32,000 nt of DNA, from NCBI RefSeq assembly GCF_001412615.1, contig NZ_CP013011.1, forward strand, positions 690,001 through 722,000, written 5' to 3'. The translations under genes and the position numbers were made by a program. Below the pieces are notes generated by a model. The model was not told where the DNA came from and ran no database searches. It worked only from the letters and a program-made list of their open reading frames with translations. Every line of letters begins with the position of its first letter. The first letter of the stretch is position 1. Positions 16,072 to 24,080 of this stretch are shown here, piece after piece. This stretch comes from Pyrodictium delaneyi (lineage in GTDB: Archaea; Thermoproteota; Thermoprotei_A; Sulfolobales; Pyrodictiaceae).

Positions 16072-16392
16072 GTGTGGGTGCCAGGCTTGGGTGTAGTCGT
16101 GCTCCACGCGCGGGTTGTGAAGTACTCGGGTGACAGGGTCTGCCTCTACCCCCCAGCCGAGCAACAGGAAGAGCTCAAGAAGCTCCACGGGGAGACAATC
16201 CCAGTCATAGTCATACTGCCCGAGAAAGAGGCCGGGGATAGAGACAGGCTAGAGCAAGCCATGAAGAAGATAGCGGCAACGCTAAGCCTCATCGCTCAAG
16301 CACTATTCTACGGCGGCCCCAGGCAGCGTATGTTTGTCCCAAAGATAGAACAACATTTACGTGAGCTACAACAGCTACTAGAGAAGGGCTAA
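16072..16392 (+). CDS. small hypothetical protein (AbrB-like N-terminus?)
   Basis: 106-aa ORF ending 3 nt before the paralog copy 2 start. The start is uncertain (GTG at 16072, 16099 or 16117). Confidence 0.55.
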   Translation: MWVPGLGVVVLHARVVKYSGDRVCLYPPAEQQEELKKLHGETIPVIVILPEKEAGDRDRLEQAMKKIAATLSLIAQALFYGGPRQRMFVPKIEQHLRELQQLLEKG

Positions 16393-16395
16393 ACC

Positions 16396-16899
16396 ATGCC
16401 ACTCCTAGGCCTAAGGAGGAGAAAGGAGGAGCCTCAGGCTACAGACGACGACATAGCCATAGAGCTTACCGAGGAGCAACTAAAGAGAGCAGAGCCGCTG
16501 CCTCACTTTGCCGACGACTCGTGGGGGCCTGGCGACTACATAACGGGCTGGGTCACACTAAATGCCGAGATATGGAAACCCAGGAGAAATCCTGCTGCGG
16601 TTGAGGGGCGCCCGCTTAAAAAGCCTATAGAGATTAACGGGTACCCCTACGGGGCGGCTATCTTCATGGATGATGGAAGAATATTCCTTGTGGATATAAT
16701 CACGTTCAATATAATGGCTGAGGCTGACGGCTCTCGGCCATTGAATGATATAATTGCGAAGCTCGTTGCCGAGATAGCGGAAGAGGACGAGTGGGTAAGG
16801 GAAAAGCTAGAGAAAAACGATAAGGAGTTCCTTACAGGCTTCTACTCCATGCTCTATCGCTCCACTGCTATGTTGAAGGAACGTGGCCTCCTCTACTAG
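16396..16899 (+). CDS. PqqD/RRE-like domain protein, copy 2 (intact)
   Basis: 167 aa. IFLVDIITFNIMAEADGSRPLNDIIAKLVAEIAEEDEW...MLKERGLLY matches the PqqD-family layout, including the terminal ..RGLL. Confidence 0.75.
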   Translation: MPLLGLRRRKEEPQATDDDIAIELTEEQLKRAEPLPHFADDSWGPGDYITGWVTLNAEIWKPRRNPAAVEGRPLKKPIEINGYPYGAAIFMDDGRIFLVDIITFNIMAEADGSRPLNDIIAKLVAEIAEEDEWVREKLEKNDKEFLTGFYSMLYRSTAMLKERGLLY

Positions 16900-19081
16900 C
16901 CCACATTTTCCTGCCGAGCCTTGTACTAGTAAGGTGCCTTGATAGCGCCTTCATCCTCTCCCTAGCACTTCTTGCAAGCTCTACACTCTTCGACTTAACG
17001 AACCTGCCAGTTCTTATCCCAACCTCAGCTGTTATTTCTCCCGCTTTTTCGCCTATGCGTGCTGCCCTGTAGGCTCGTGTCTCTATATCGTATTTGTCTA
17101 GGACGCGTGGCTTGAAGCGCTCTGGGATGCGTATGCCCAGCTCTTTTTCGGCGATGCCTATGAACTCTCTCGCGAAGCCCCTCGCCCTGTTCTCTAGGAG
17201 CGAGGCCGCCTTGACGCCTATCTCGGCGGCCTTTGCGGCTACCGCCGCGGCCCTGGGGTGTCTTAGCCTGTGCTCCTCTATGGCCGGTCTGGCCTCCTCG
17301 ACGGTTTCTGCTGCTCTTGCTGGGGCTGGTGTTATGGGCTTCGGTTGCAGCCATTTCTTTCTCAGCTGGAGTGCCATGCCCTGTGTCGTTGCTAGCTGTC
17401 TTGCCGCCTCGGTGTGCCTGTAGGCTGCCGCTGCTGGTGCTGCTGCGGCGCCGGCGGCGGGGAGTGTTGTGGCTGCTACCGGGGCTGCCGCTATGGCTCC
17501 TGTGGCTGCTCCTGCTGCCGCCCCGGCGGCTGCCGCGGGGGCGGCTCTGGCTGCGCGGATTGCCCTGAGTGCTCCGAGGCCGGGGAGCCCGCCTAGGCCT
17601 AGCTGGTTGAGTATGATGTGGCCTCCGAGGGTTATGGCTATGGGGAGCGCGTAGGCCACGGCTATGTTGACTATCTCGCGGCCCGCGTAGAGTAGGCCCT
17701 GGCTGGCTAGGAAGAGCATGCCGGCGGCCACGAGGCCGAGGACTGCTATCTTCTCTAGCAGGAGGGCGGCGCTCCGGGCCATGCCGCGTAGCGGCGGGAA
17801 GAGCCACGCGGCCGCCCAGACGGGGGCGAGGCCTATTATCGCGCCTGCTGCGAGCCACTTGAGAACGCCTATCACCACCACGGCTATTATCGCTATGAGC
17901 GCTGTCCACGCGACGGCGGCGGCGCCGGCGTTCCAGCCCAGCGCGACCCCGAGCAGCACGTGGCCCAGCAGGAAGCTGTACGCCACGTTAGCCTGGCTGA
18001 TGTTGGCTATGCTCAGCGCAAGCGCGTTGTATAGCTTCGCCAGCGGCGCGTAGAGGGCCAGCCCCGCCACGGCGACTATCAGGCTGAGCACCATGTCGCT
18101 AGCGTACTCGTAGAGGTCCAGCCCCTTGGGGTCCCGCCAGACCCTCCAGAGCGCCCCGGCTATCGCGGCTAGGGGCCAGAGGAGGGGCATCCACACCGAG
18201 GCCCTGGCCCAGAGCTGCTCCATGCCCGGCATGTCGGGCGTTGGGAGCGCTAGCAGCCAGTAGAAGGCCTCCCCGGGGCTGAACCCCGACACCTCCATGA
18301 CCTTCGCGGTCGCCTCTACCGCGCCGCCGAACACGGGCCCCATGACCTTCAGCAGCCTAGCCAGCACCTCCTTGATGCTGTTAGCGATGAAGCCGCCGGC
18401 GTCCTGCCTCTCCAGCGCGTCGCCCGCCTCGATGAAGAGGTTCGCCACACGGTAGCCCAGCTTCTCCACCGTCAGCGTCATCGAGGCGAGGAGCCTGGCT
18501 CCCGCCGGGATGCTCCCACAGTCCCCAGTCCACGCGTACATCTCCACATTGAAGCTCCTCTCCATAGCCGTGCCGAGCGCGTAGTTGTGCACGAGCTTCA
18601 GGCTCCCGCCGGGCGCCAGCGTAGCCGTGCTCTCGCTTCCGTCACCCCACCGGACCCCGACGCATACACTGGTATTGGTCAGCCATGTGTGGACAAACCA
18701 AGCCTCGACAGGGAACTCCTCAGCTACCCTGCTAGGAGGTGGCACAGCAACCACGAGGCTCGCCGTGGCGGCCTGTACCTTCAGGTCCTTGGTGAGCCAC
18801 TTCAGCGTCGCCGGCCCAGCCGCGGCTATGAACAGTGCCACGAGGCCTGCTACTAAGAGCCTCTTCGCCTCCTCCGGGTTATTGGCCATGAACTTGATGG
18901 CAGCGGCCACGAAGAGGAACACCGAGGTCCACATACCCGCGGCGGCGACCCAGCCGTAGGCGTCTCCCACTGCTCCCAGCCCCTGGGTGCTCCACCCTCT
19001 AGCCCCGGCCCGGGAGACGCCCGGGGAAGCAGCGGCCACCCAGCACGCGATGCACACAGCTACACTGCCGCCGTGAATCAC
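16868..19081 (-). CDS. VirB6/TrbL/CedA-like polytopic membrane protein with poly-Ala linker and basic C-terminal domain
   Basis: 737 aa with GTG start. From the N-terminus: a two-helix hydrophobic hairpin, a soluble beta-rich segment, at least 6 further TM helices, an (A/G/P)-rich tract (nt about 17400-17600) and a charged tail. The family call rests on topology and context only. Confidence 0.75.
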   Translation of the reverse strand: MIHGGSVAVCIACWVAAASPGVSRAGARGWSTQGLGAVGDAYGWVAAAGMWTSVFLFVAAAIKFMANNPEEAKRLLVAGLVALFIAAAGPATLKWLTKDLKVQAATASLVVAVPPPSRVAEEFPVEAWFVHTWLTNTSVCVGVRWGDGSESTATLAPGGSLKLVHNYALGTAMERSFNVEMYAWTGDCGSIPAGARLLASMTLTVEKLGYRVANLFIEAGDALERQDAGGFIANSIKEVLARLLKVMGPVFGGAVEATAKVMEVSGFSPGEAFYWLLALPTPDMPGMEQLWARASVWMPLLWPLAAIAGALWRVWRDPKGLDLYEYASDMVLSLIVAVAGLALYAPLAKLYNALALSIANISQANVAYSFLLGHVLLGVALGWNAGAAAVAWTALIAIIAVVVIGVLKWLAAGAIIGLAPVWAAAWLFPPLRGMARSAALLLEKIAVLGLVAAGMLFLASQGLLYAGREIVNIAVAYALPIAITLGGHIILNQLGLGGLPGLGALRAIRAARAAPAAAAGAAAGAATGAIAAAPVAATTLPAAGAAAAPAAAAYRHTEAARQLATTQGMALQLRKKWLQPKPITPAPARAAETVEEARPAIEEHRLRHPRAAAVAAKAAEIGVKAASLLENRARGFAREFIGIAEKELGIRIPERFKPRVLDKYDIETRAYRAARIGEKAGEITAEVGIRTGRFVKSKSVELARSARERMKALSRHLTSTRLGRKMWASRGGHVPST

Positions 19082-19100
19082 TCAAGCCTATCAGTGATTC
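19075..19100. promoter_or_regulatory. perfect 8-bp inverted repeat over the start of the VirB6-like gene
   Basis: GAATCACT (19075-19082) - N10 - AGTGATTC (19093-19100). The GTG start of the minus-strand gene is at 19079-19081. Confidence 0.55.
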
Positions 19101-19172
19101 ATTGAGGTAATGTAGAGTCTATGGCTCCCGGCCCGATACTGTAGAGATAGAACGCGTGTCCACTGTATACAC

Positions 19173-19547
19173 ATGACTACCATTGATAACCCCGATGGAG
19201 AGATTATCAATGGCTGTAATGTCTACGCGGCAGTCACGCACGGGTGGAGCACGGCGATGGAAGCCCTGCATACATATATTACATGTATTCTGGGCCCATA
19301 CTACACCAGGGGGCTACAGGCTATGAGCCGCGCAGAGGCGACGAAGAGCACAGTGGGGGACACGGTGCCCATGGAGGTTCTGGAGCGGGTGGCTGGGGAG
19401 CTGCGGCGCTTCGGGGTGAGGGTCTACGTTATGCCCGACCCCCGGGGCGTACCGGACCTCTATATCCGGGAGGAGGATAACGCGCTCCTCGACAGGCTGT
19501 GCGACGAGAAGAAGCTGAGCAAGGCCGCCGAGGAGCTGCTTTGCTAG
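19173..19547 (+). CDS. hypothetical protein (124 aa; may start at ATG 19323, giving 74 aa)
   Basis: The C-terminal half MSRAEATKSTVGDTVPMEVLERVAGELRRFGVRVYVMPDP... looks coding. The N-terminal part is AT-richer and contains a 10-bp inverted repeat. Confidence 0.5.
   Translation: MTTIDNPDGEIINGCNVYAAVTHGWSTAMEALHTYITCILGPYYTRGLQAMSRAEATKSTVGDTVPMEVLERVAGELRRFGVRVYVMPDPRGVPDLYIREEDNALLDRLCDEKKLSKAAEELLC
19180..19213. repeat. perfect 10-bp inverted repeat
   Basis: CCATTGATAA (19180-19189) - N14 - TTATCAATGG (19204-19213). Confidence 0.6.
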
Positions 19548-19810
19548 CAGCCAAGCTCCTCGTACACGTTCTCCCGGTAGCCCACAGCCTCCACGACCAC
19601 CATGCACTTCTCGGGGAGCACCCTGTAGGCGAGCCTTATCCTCCCCACGCGTAGCTTCCACAGCCCGCGGCAGCGGCCGTGCAGCGGCTCCCCCGCATAA
19701 GGGTCGGCTGCGACGACCTACTTGGCTCTCTCATAGTACTCCATGGCCTCGGGGTGGCGGCGCAGCCACCGACGAGCACGACGCGGCCCGGACAACCTCC
19801 CACTCCACAC
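19544..19810 (-). pseudogene. RelE/ParE-family toxin gene interrupted by an in-frame TAG
   Basis: From the GTG the N-terminal part reads WSGRLSGPRRARRWLRRHPEAMEYYERAK. TAG lies at 19718-19720. The same frame then continues VVVAADPYAGEPLHGRCRGLWKLRVGRIRLAYRVLPEKCMVVVEAVGYRENVYEELGC, a classic RelE C-terminus. Confidence 0.6.
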
Positions 19811-20013
19811 ACTTCTCGGGCACGGATTGACCCCCATGCACCTACGCTGGACCCATTCAATCGTAAAAACGTTGTGCAGCCAGACTGCCTCTAGAAATGC
19901 ATACATTGCCTCATGGCTCTACATCGCTGAATATTGTTCAGGCATGTGGGCTCGGTACCACACTCTAGCTCAAGGAGTAGTATATGCGTGTACTATGTGT
20001 TATACTTTGCGTG

Positions 20014-20031
20014 AAACGTGTTAAACGTGTT
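20014..20031. repeat. tandem 9-bp direct repeat AAACGTGTT x2
   Basis: Read directly from the sequence. It lies in the AT-rich spacer upstream of the relE-like pseudogene. Confidence 0.6.
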
Positions 20032-20046
20032 AGGCGTGGACGCCGG

Positions 20047-21507
20047 CTATACCCGTACCCACTTGCGGCCCGTCATTGTGCCCAGCCCCGCCAGCGCCAC
20101 TAGCAGCACTAGTGCCGGCGCCAGCCACCGGCCCTGCCTCGCGGGCTCTACGTGGAGCCTTACCTCGATGCTGTTGCCTGCTTGGTCTACAGCTATGACG
20201 GTGTAGTTTCCTGGGGGCAGCGAGGCGGCGTCGAGCCTGTAGACCCTGCCCCGGGGCTCTAGCTCCCTGTAGACCCCGCCGCCCCTCTCTATGACTATCC
20301 TCGCCAGGCTACCGCACTCCCCGGGATCCTCGAAGACCAGTGTGTCGCCGCTCCGGCTCCACGTCGGCGCACGGTGGTCCTCTACCCGCTCTACCACCGT
20401 GGGCTCCTCCGCCGGCTCCCAGTGGATTATGCGGCACTCATCGTCCCGGACCAGGAGCCAACCGTACGGGTATACTATACTAACATTGTACTCTAGCCTC
20501 TCCCTGTAGGCCTTCCCGCTGGTAGCATCATCCACCGTGGCCTCGATTATTACTCGTAGCTCGATACTCCTCGAGGGCGGCGTGGGAGGCGCCAGGAGGA
20601 ATGGTAGCTCCAGTGCCGGCTTGTCGAGGCTAGGCGGCCAGGTGTAGTTGTCCGCGCTCCACGCTGTGAGCAGCTGCCAGCCCCTCCACACCTCGACGCG
20701 GGGCATGTAGACCAGGAGCTGGCCCATGAGGGGCTCCAGGAGCTCCTCGCCATGCTCCTCCAGGCCTGTGGCTATGTTCCATACTCTCAGGGTGCAGTTG
20801 CCCGGGAGCCCCGGGCTAGGCCACTCGCAGTAGACGTCCACGGGCAGGTAGGTCTTGTTGAGCACACGGGGGATGATGGTCACGGTCGCGGCGTCCGCAA
20901 GCGTGATGGTGGTCGTCTTGGTCCTTGTCTTGGTGAGCGTCTCATAGCCGGCGCACTTTTTCTTAGTAGTAGTCGTCGTGGTGTTGACTACCGTAGTGGT
21001 TGTTGTGTTGCCTATCGTGGTGGTCACCGTGGTCGTGGTCGTTATCGTCTTTGTCTCCGTCTTGGTCCTGGTGCAGATGCTCGTGGTGTAGCGCTGCCAC
21101 GCAATGTAGCTGCACCTGCAGCCGTAGCCCAGGACGTGCCCTCTCAGGCTCGCCGCCTCGCCGGCGTGCCACACAGCGCTGCACGCCACGCCCTCGCTCT
21201 CATTAAGCGTGATAGCTGCGGGGCAGTTGCTGCCGAGCAGCTCTAGGTCGCCGCGGAGGCTGCAGGTGCACGTCAGCAAGGCCGGGGGGCTGGGGCCCCA
21301 GCGGGGGCTCCACGGTGGCGGACTAGTGTCAGCCAAGGTGTTCGAGACGTGGTAGTAGGCGGTGGCGTTCATGCAGCGGTACATGCTGTCCTCGAGCCAC
21401 GGGTCGAGGGCCGTACCGGCATCGCCCGGCCGGGCGTGGACCACCGCAGCGAGGAAGGCTACCACGAGGGCAGCGCCGGCGTAGAGGGCTAGCCTCGAGG
21501 AGTCCAT
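20047..21507 (-). CDS. secreted, C-terminally membrane-anchored Cys- and Thr-rich glycoprotein (putative surface adhesin)
   Basis: 486 aa. It has an N-terminal signal peptide (LALYAGAALVVAFLAAVVHA), many N-x-S/T sequons, the Thr tract TKTETKTITTTTTVTTTIGNTTTTTVVNTTTTTT and the C-terminal TM WLAPALVLLVALAGLG + RKWVRV. Its start lies 1 nt after the VirB4-like stop. Confidence 0.85.
   Translation of the reverse strand: MDSSRLALYAGAALVVAFLAAVVHARPGDAGTALDPWLEDSMYRCMNATAYYHVSNTLADTSPPPWSPRWGPSPPALLTCTCSLRGDLELLGSNCPAAITLNESEGVACSAVWHAGEAASLRGHVLGYGCRCSYIAWQRYTTSICTRTKTETKTITTTTTVTTTIGNTTTTTVVNTTTTTTKKKCAGYETLTKTRTKTTTITLADAATVTIIPRVLNKTYLPVDVYCEWPSPGLPGNCTLRVWNIATGLEEHGEELLEPLMGQLLVYMPRVEVWRGWQLLTAWSADNYTWPPSLDKPALELPFLLAPPTPPSRSIELRVIIEATVDDATSGKAYRERLEYNVSIVYPYGWLLVRDDECRIIHWEPAEEPTVVERVEDHRAPTWSRSGDTLVFEDPGECGSLARIVIERGGGVYRELEPRGRVYRLDAASLPPGNYTVIAVDQAGNSIEVRLHVEPARQGRWLAPALVLLVALAGLGTMTGRKWVRV
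20897..21072 (-). repeat. low-complexity Thr-codon (ACN) tract inside the glycoprotein gene
   Basis: The plus strand reads as runs of GGT/GTG/GTC/GTT, encoding a mucin-like Thr/Lys linker. Confidence 0.7.
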
Positions 21508-21508
21508 C

Positions 21509-23410
21509 CTAGACCTCTACCTCCTCGAGGCCTGCTGGCTCGGGGGCGGTGTGCGCTGGTTTCTCGCTGAACGGTGTTGTAGAGAAGGCTTCGAGCTCGT
21601 CCTTGCTTATCATTACCTCTACTCTTAGCCTGTAGCCGCCGGCGCGGAGGAGCGCGTAGCCTCTTGGAGCGTCTAGGAGGAAGCTCTGCTCGTTCTCGCT
21701 CAGCGGTATAACCTTGACAAGCTCGTCGAGGGCTGCCGCGTCGAGCCCTAGCAGTATCTGCACCTGGGCCTGCGTCACCACAGTCTTCCCATGGGGGTTC
21801 TCGAGGACGTCCCCGGGCTTCTGGCTGATGAACACGAAGTGTATCCCGCGCTTCCTGCCACGCCTAGCAATGTCAGCCATAAGCGACGCCAGGCTCTCGT
21901 ACTGCATGAAGAGCCATCCCTCGTCCACCACTAGGATGCTCCGCCTGCCTAGAAGCGCCGAGAGAAGCGACGAAACCAGGCTCGCCACCAGGGCCTTTGT
22001 ATCCTTGTCCTGTATCCCGCTTAGGTCGAATACCGCGCCGTGCCGCAGCCCCCGGGGCGGCTCGCCCTCGTATATCCACGCGTCGGCGCCAACCACGTTC
22101 TCCATGTAGTTCTTCAGCTTCTGCGAGGCCTTGTCGTACACCTCGAAGATGCTAGTAGAGGAGCGCACTAGCCTGGTAAGCTCGCCCTCCAGCTCCCGGG
22201 GTATACCGTAGACGTCACGGAGAATCGCTACAGCCTGCTTGGTGGTGATTAGCTCGCTCTGGGCGAGCCGGACCGGGTCCAGCCCCGCGCCCTTCCCATG
22301 TAGCCTGACTACAGCGGCGCCGGGTGCTAGGCGGTCTACGATCCTCGCATACTCCCCCTCGGGGTCCACTATGTAGGGCGGGTACGGGTAGCGCTCCCTT
22401 AGCCGAGAGAGGTAGACCTTGGTGAGCATGCTCTTGCCTTTGCCGCTCTGCCCTATAATGACCCAGTTGTAGTTATCGTAGGCGAACGGGTTCACAATAA
22501 CCGGCGTGCCAGTGTCAACGTTCCTACCTAGTAAGACACCGTCCGGATGAACTAGCTCCTCGCTAACAAAGGGGTAGAAAGCTGCCAAGCTGAACGTGTC
22601 CGTCACGAAGCGTGGCACGAGCCAGTGCCTCGACAACAGCGTGAATGACCTGCGTAGCTCGTAGAGGGGTGCTTGTAGGCTCCCGGGGGCGTAGAGCTCT
22701 ATCCTCCTAGAGGCCGCCAGGCTCTCAAGGTCATAGCATTTCTCGACTAGCTCGTGTTCACTCCTGGCACGGACAACTAGTATCGCAGAGAACCGGAAGA
22801 GGGCCGCAGCCTCAGCCTGCAGCTGCTCTAATGCCCGTAGCTTTGCTATCCTCCTCTGCAGCTCGGCGTTCGAGGGATCATTCGCAAGGAGTGCCTCGAG
22901 CCGCCTTATGAGGCCTGGCAGCTTCTTGCTGGCCTCCCGAGGCTCAATACGGTTAAAGAACAAGTGGACCTCTGACGCAATACCGTAGAACTCTCCTACC
23001 ACGGCTTCAGGCAGGAACGCTGGCAGCCCTGTTACCACGTAGCTCCTCGCCAGCGAACCGTCCTCGAGGATAACAGCAGGCATAGAGACAGTACGGGTCT
23101 TCGCTTTCCCCTCCTCATCCTCGCTATAGACTGGTACCTCTCCACGCGCTATAGTCCGCCCCCTAGGCCTCGGCCTCGGTGGAGGCTCAGCGGGCTCTGC
23201 CTGGAACCCGAAGCTAGAGGGGTCTACGGGGCTCTTCGCGAAGAGGCTGAACCGGTAGAACCTGAAGCCCCACGCCTCCTCCTCTAGGAGGAAGAACGAT
23301 ACAAGGAGCCACGGGCTGGCGTTTAGCAGGGACATCCACCGGGCTAGGAGCTTAGCTCTCTCCCGCTCGCCTAGGGCGGCGAATGGCTCGGGTATGATAT
23401 GGTACCACAA
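21509..23410 (-). CDS. VirB4/TrbE/CedB-like type IV secretion ATPase
   Basis: 633 aa. Walker A GQSGKGKS (22430-22453), Walker B ILVVDEGW (21914-21937), then HFVFISQKP. Size and motif spacing resemble the TrbE homologues of crenarchaeal conjugative plasmids. Confidence 0.92.
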   Translation of the reverse strand: MWYHIIPEPFAALGERERAKLLARWMSLLNASPWLLVSFFLLEEEAWGFRFYRFSLFAKSPVDPSSFGFQAEPAEPPPRPRPRGRTIARGEVPVYSEDEEGKAKTRTVSMPAVILEDGSLARSYVVTGLPAFLPEAVVGEFYGIASEVHLFFNRIEPREASKKLPGLIRRLEALLANDPSNAELQRRIAKLRALEQLQAEAAALFRFSAILVVRARSEHELVEKCYDLESLAASRRIELYAPGSLQAPLYELRRSFTLLSRHWLVPRFVTDTFSLAAFYPFVSEELVHPDGVLLGRNVDTGTPVIVNPFAYDNYNWVIIGQSGKGKSMLTKVYLSRLRERYPYPPYIVDPEGEYARIVDRLAPGAAVVRLHGKGAGLDPVRLAQSELITTKQAVAILRDVYGIPRELEGELTRLVRSSTSIFEVYDKASQKLKNYMENVVGADAWIYEGEPPRGLRHGAVFDLSGIQDKDTKALVASLVSSLLSALLGRRSILVVDEGWLFMQYESLASLMADIARRGRKRGIHFVFISQKPGDVLENPHGKTVVTQAQVQILLGLDAAALDELVKVIPLSENEQSFLLDAPRGYALLRAGGYRLRVEVMISKDELEAFSTTPFSEKPAHTAPEPAGLEEVEV

Positions 23411-23444
23411 CCGGCCTCCCCGCCCTCTAGCCGGGGCGGGGAGA

Positions 23445-24080
23445 CTAGCGCTCCACGAGGACGCGATACCTCGCTAGGAGGGCCGGGGGCTCGGCGCTAT
23501 ACACCTCTACCGTGTGCTCGCCGGGCTCCTCGAACTCCACCCTCGAGGACCACTGCCCGGCGACCCGGAGCCTGCGCACCTCGACACCGTCTACAACTAT
23601 GCGGAGCACAGTCTCCCGCTCAGCAGAGCCGCTAAGAGTCATAGCCGCGTAGCCGGTCTCGCGCATCCTAAGCGTGACACGCTTCTCGACCACCCGGGGC
23701 TCCTCCCGCTCCTCTGCCCCGGCTTGCTCCTCCCCGCTCCGCCCCCTCCTCTTCCTGCCAGCCTTCTGCGTCTTCTGGCCCAGGAGTGTGTAGAGCAGCA
23801 CCGCCTCTGGACGCACAGGCCTGTCTACGAGAAAGAAGTACACGAAGGGGAGGAGGGGTAGGAGCCCCAGGAGCTTGAAGACTCCGGCCTCGAGCTCGAG
23901 GCCGGGCAGATAGACCCTAGGCTCCGAGGGCATCTTGAGTGCGTCCACGAGGGCCAGGGCTATGATTACAGCTAGGTAGGCTAGGCGGCGGAGGGTGAGA
24001 GCAAAGGAGCCGAAGTAGACGAGAGGCTCGTCAAGAAAACCCCGCTCGGGCTCGGCTACCACGTCGACCACTATTCTCAC
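23445..24080 (-). CDS. membrane protein in VirB3 position, with C-terminal beta-rich domain
   Basis: The GTG at 24078-24080 overlaps the upstream TGA (GTGA). Two TM segments: LAYLAVIIALALV and FKLLGLLPLLPFVYFFLV. The longest ORF extends to 24224 but overlaps the upstream gene by 148 nt. Confidence 0.7.
   Translation of the reverse strand: MRIVVDVVAEPERGFLDEPLVYFGSFALTLRRLAYLAVIIALALVDALKMPSEPRVYLPGLELEAGVFKLLGLLPLLPFVYFFLVDRPVRPEAVLLYTLLGQKTQKAGRKRRGRSGEEQAGAEEREEPRVVEKRVTLRMRETGYAAMTLSGSAERETVLRIVVDGVEVRRLRVAGQWSSRVEFEEPGEHTVEVYSAEPPALLARYRVLVER

Noticed and set aside
16003-16188. 61-aa minus-strand ORF
   Set aside because: It overlaps the IS left-end flank and the 5' part of the plus-strand gene 16072-16392, which pairs with the downstream paralog as in the first cassette. 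The possibility that the plus-strand gene starts later (16117) is noted.
17025-17909. 294-aa ORF (minus strand, alternative frame) and several plus-strand ORFs at 17094-18053
   Set aside because: They lie inside the VirB6-like gene. Their composition (Arg/Ser/Pro/Gly runs) reflects the poly-Ala GCN repeat read out of frame.
20963-21206. His/Asp-rich 73-aa ORF and Cys/Ser/Trp-rich 68-aa ORF
   Set aside because: They are artefacts of reading the Thr-codon repeat of the glycoprotein gene in other frames or on the other strand.
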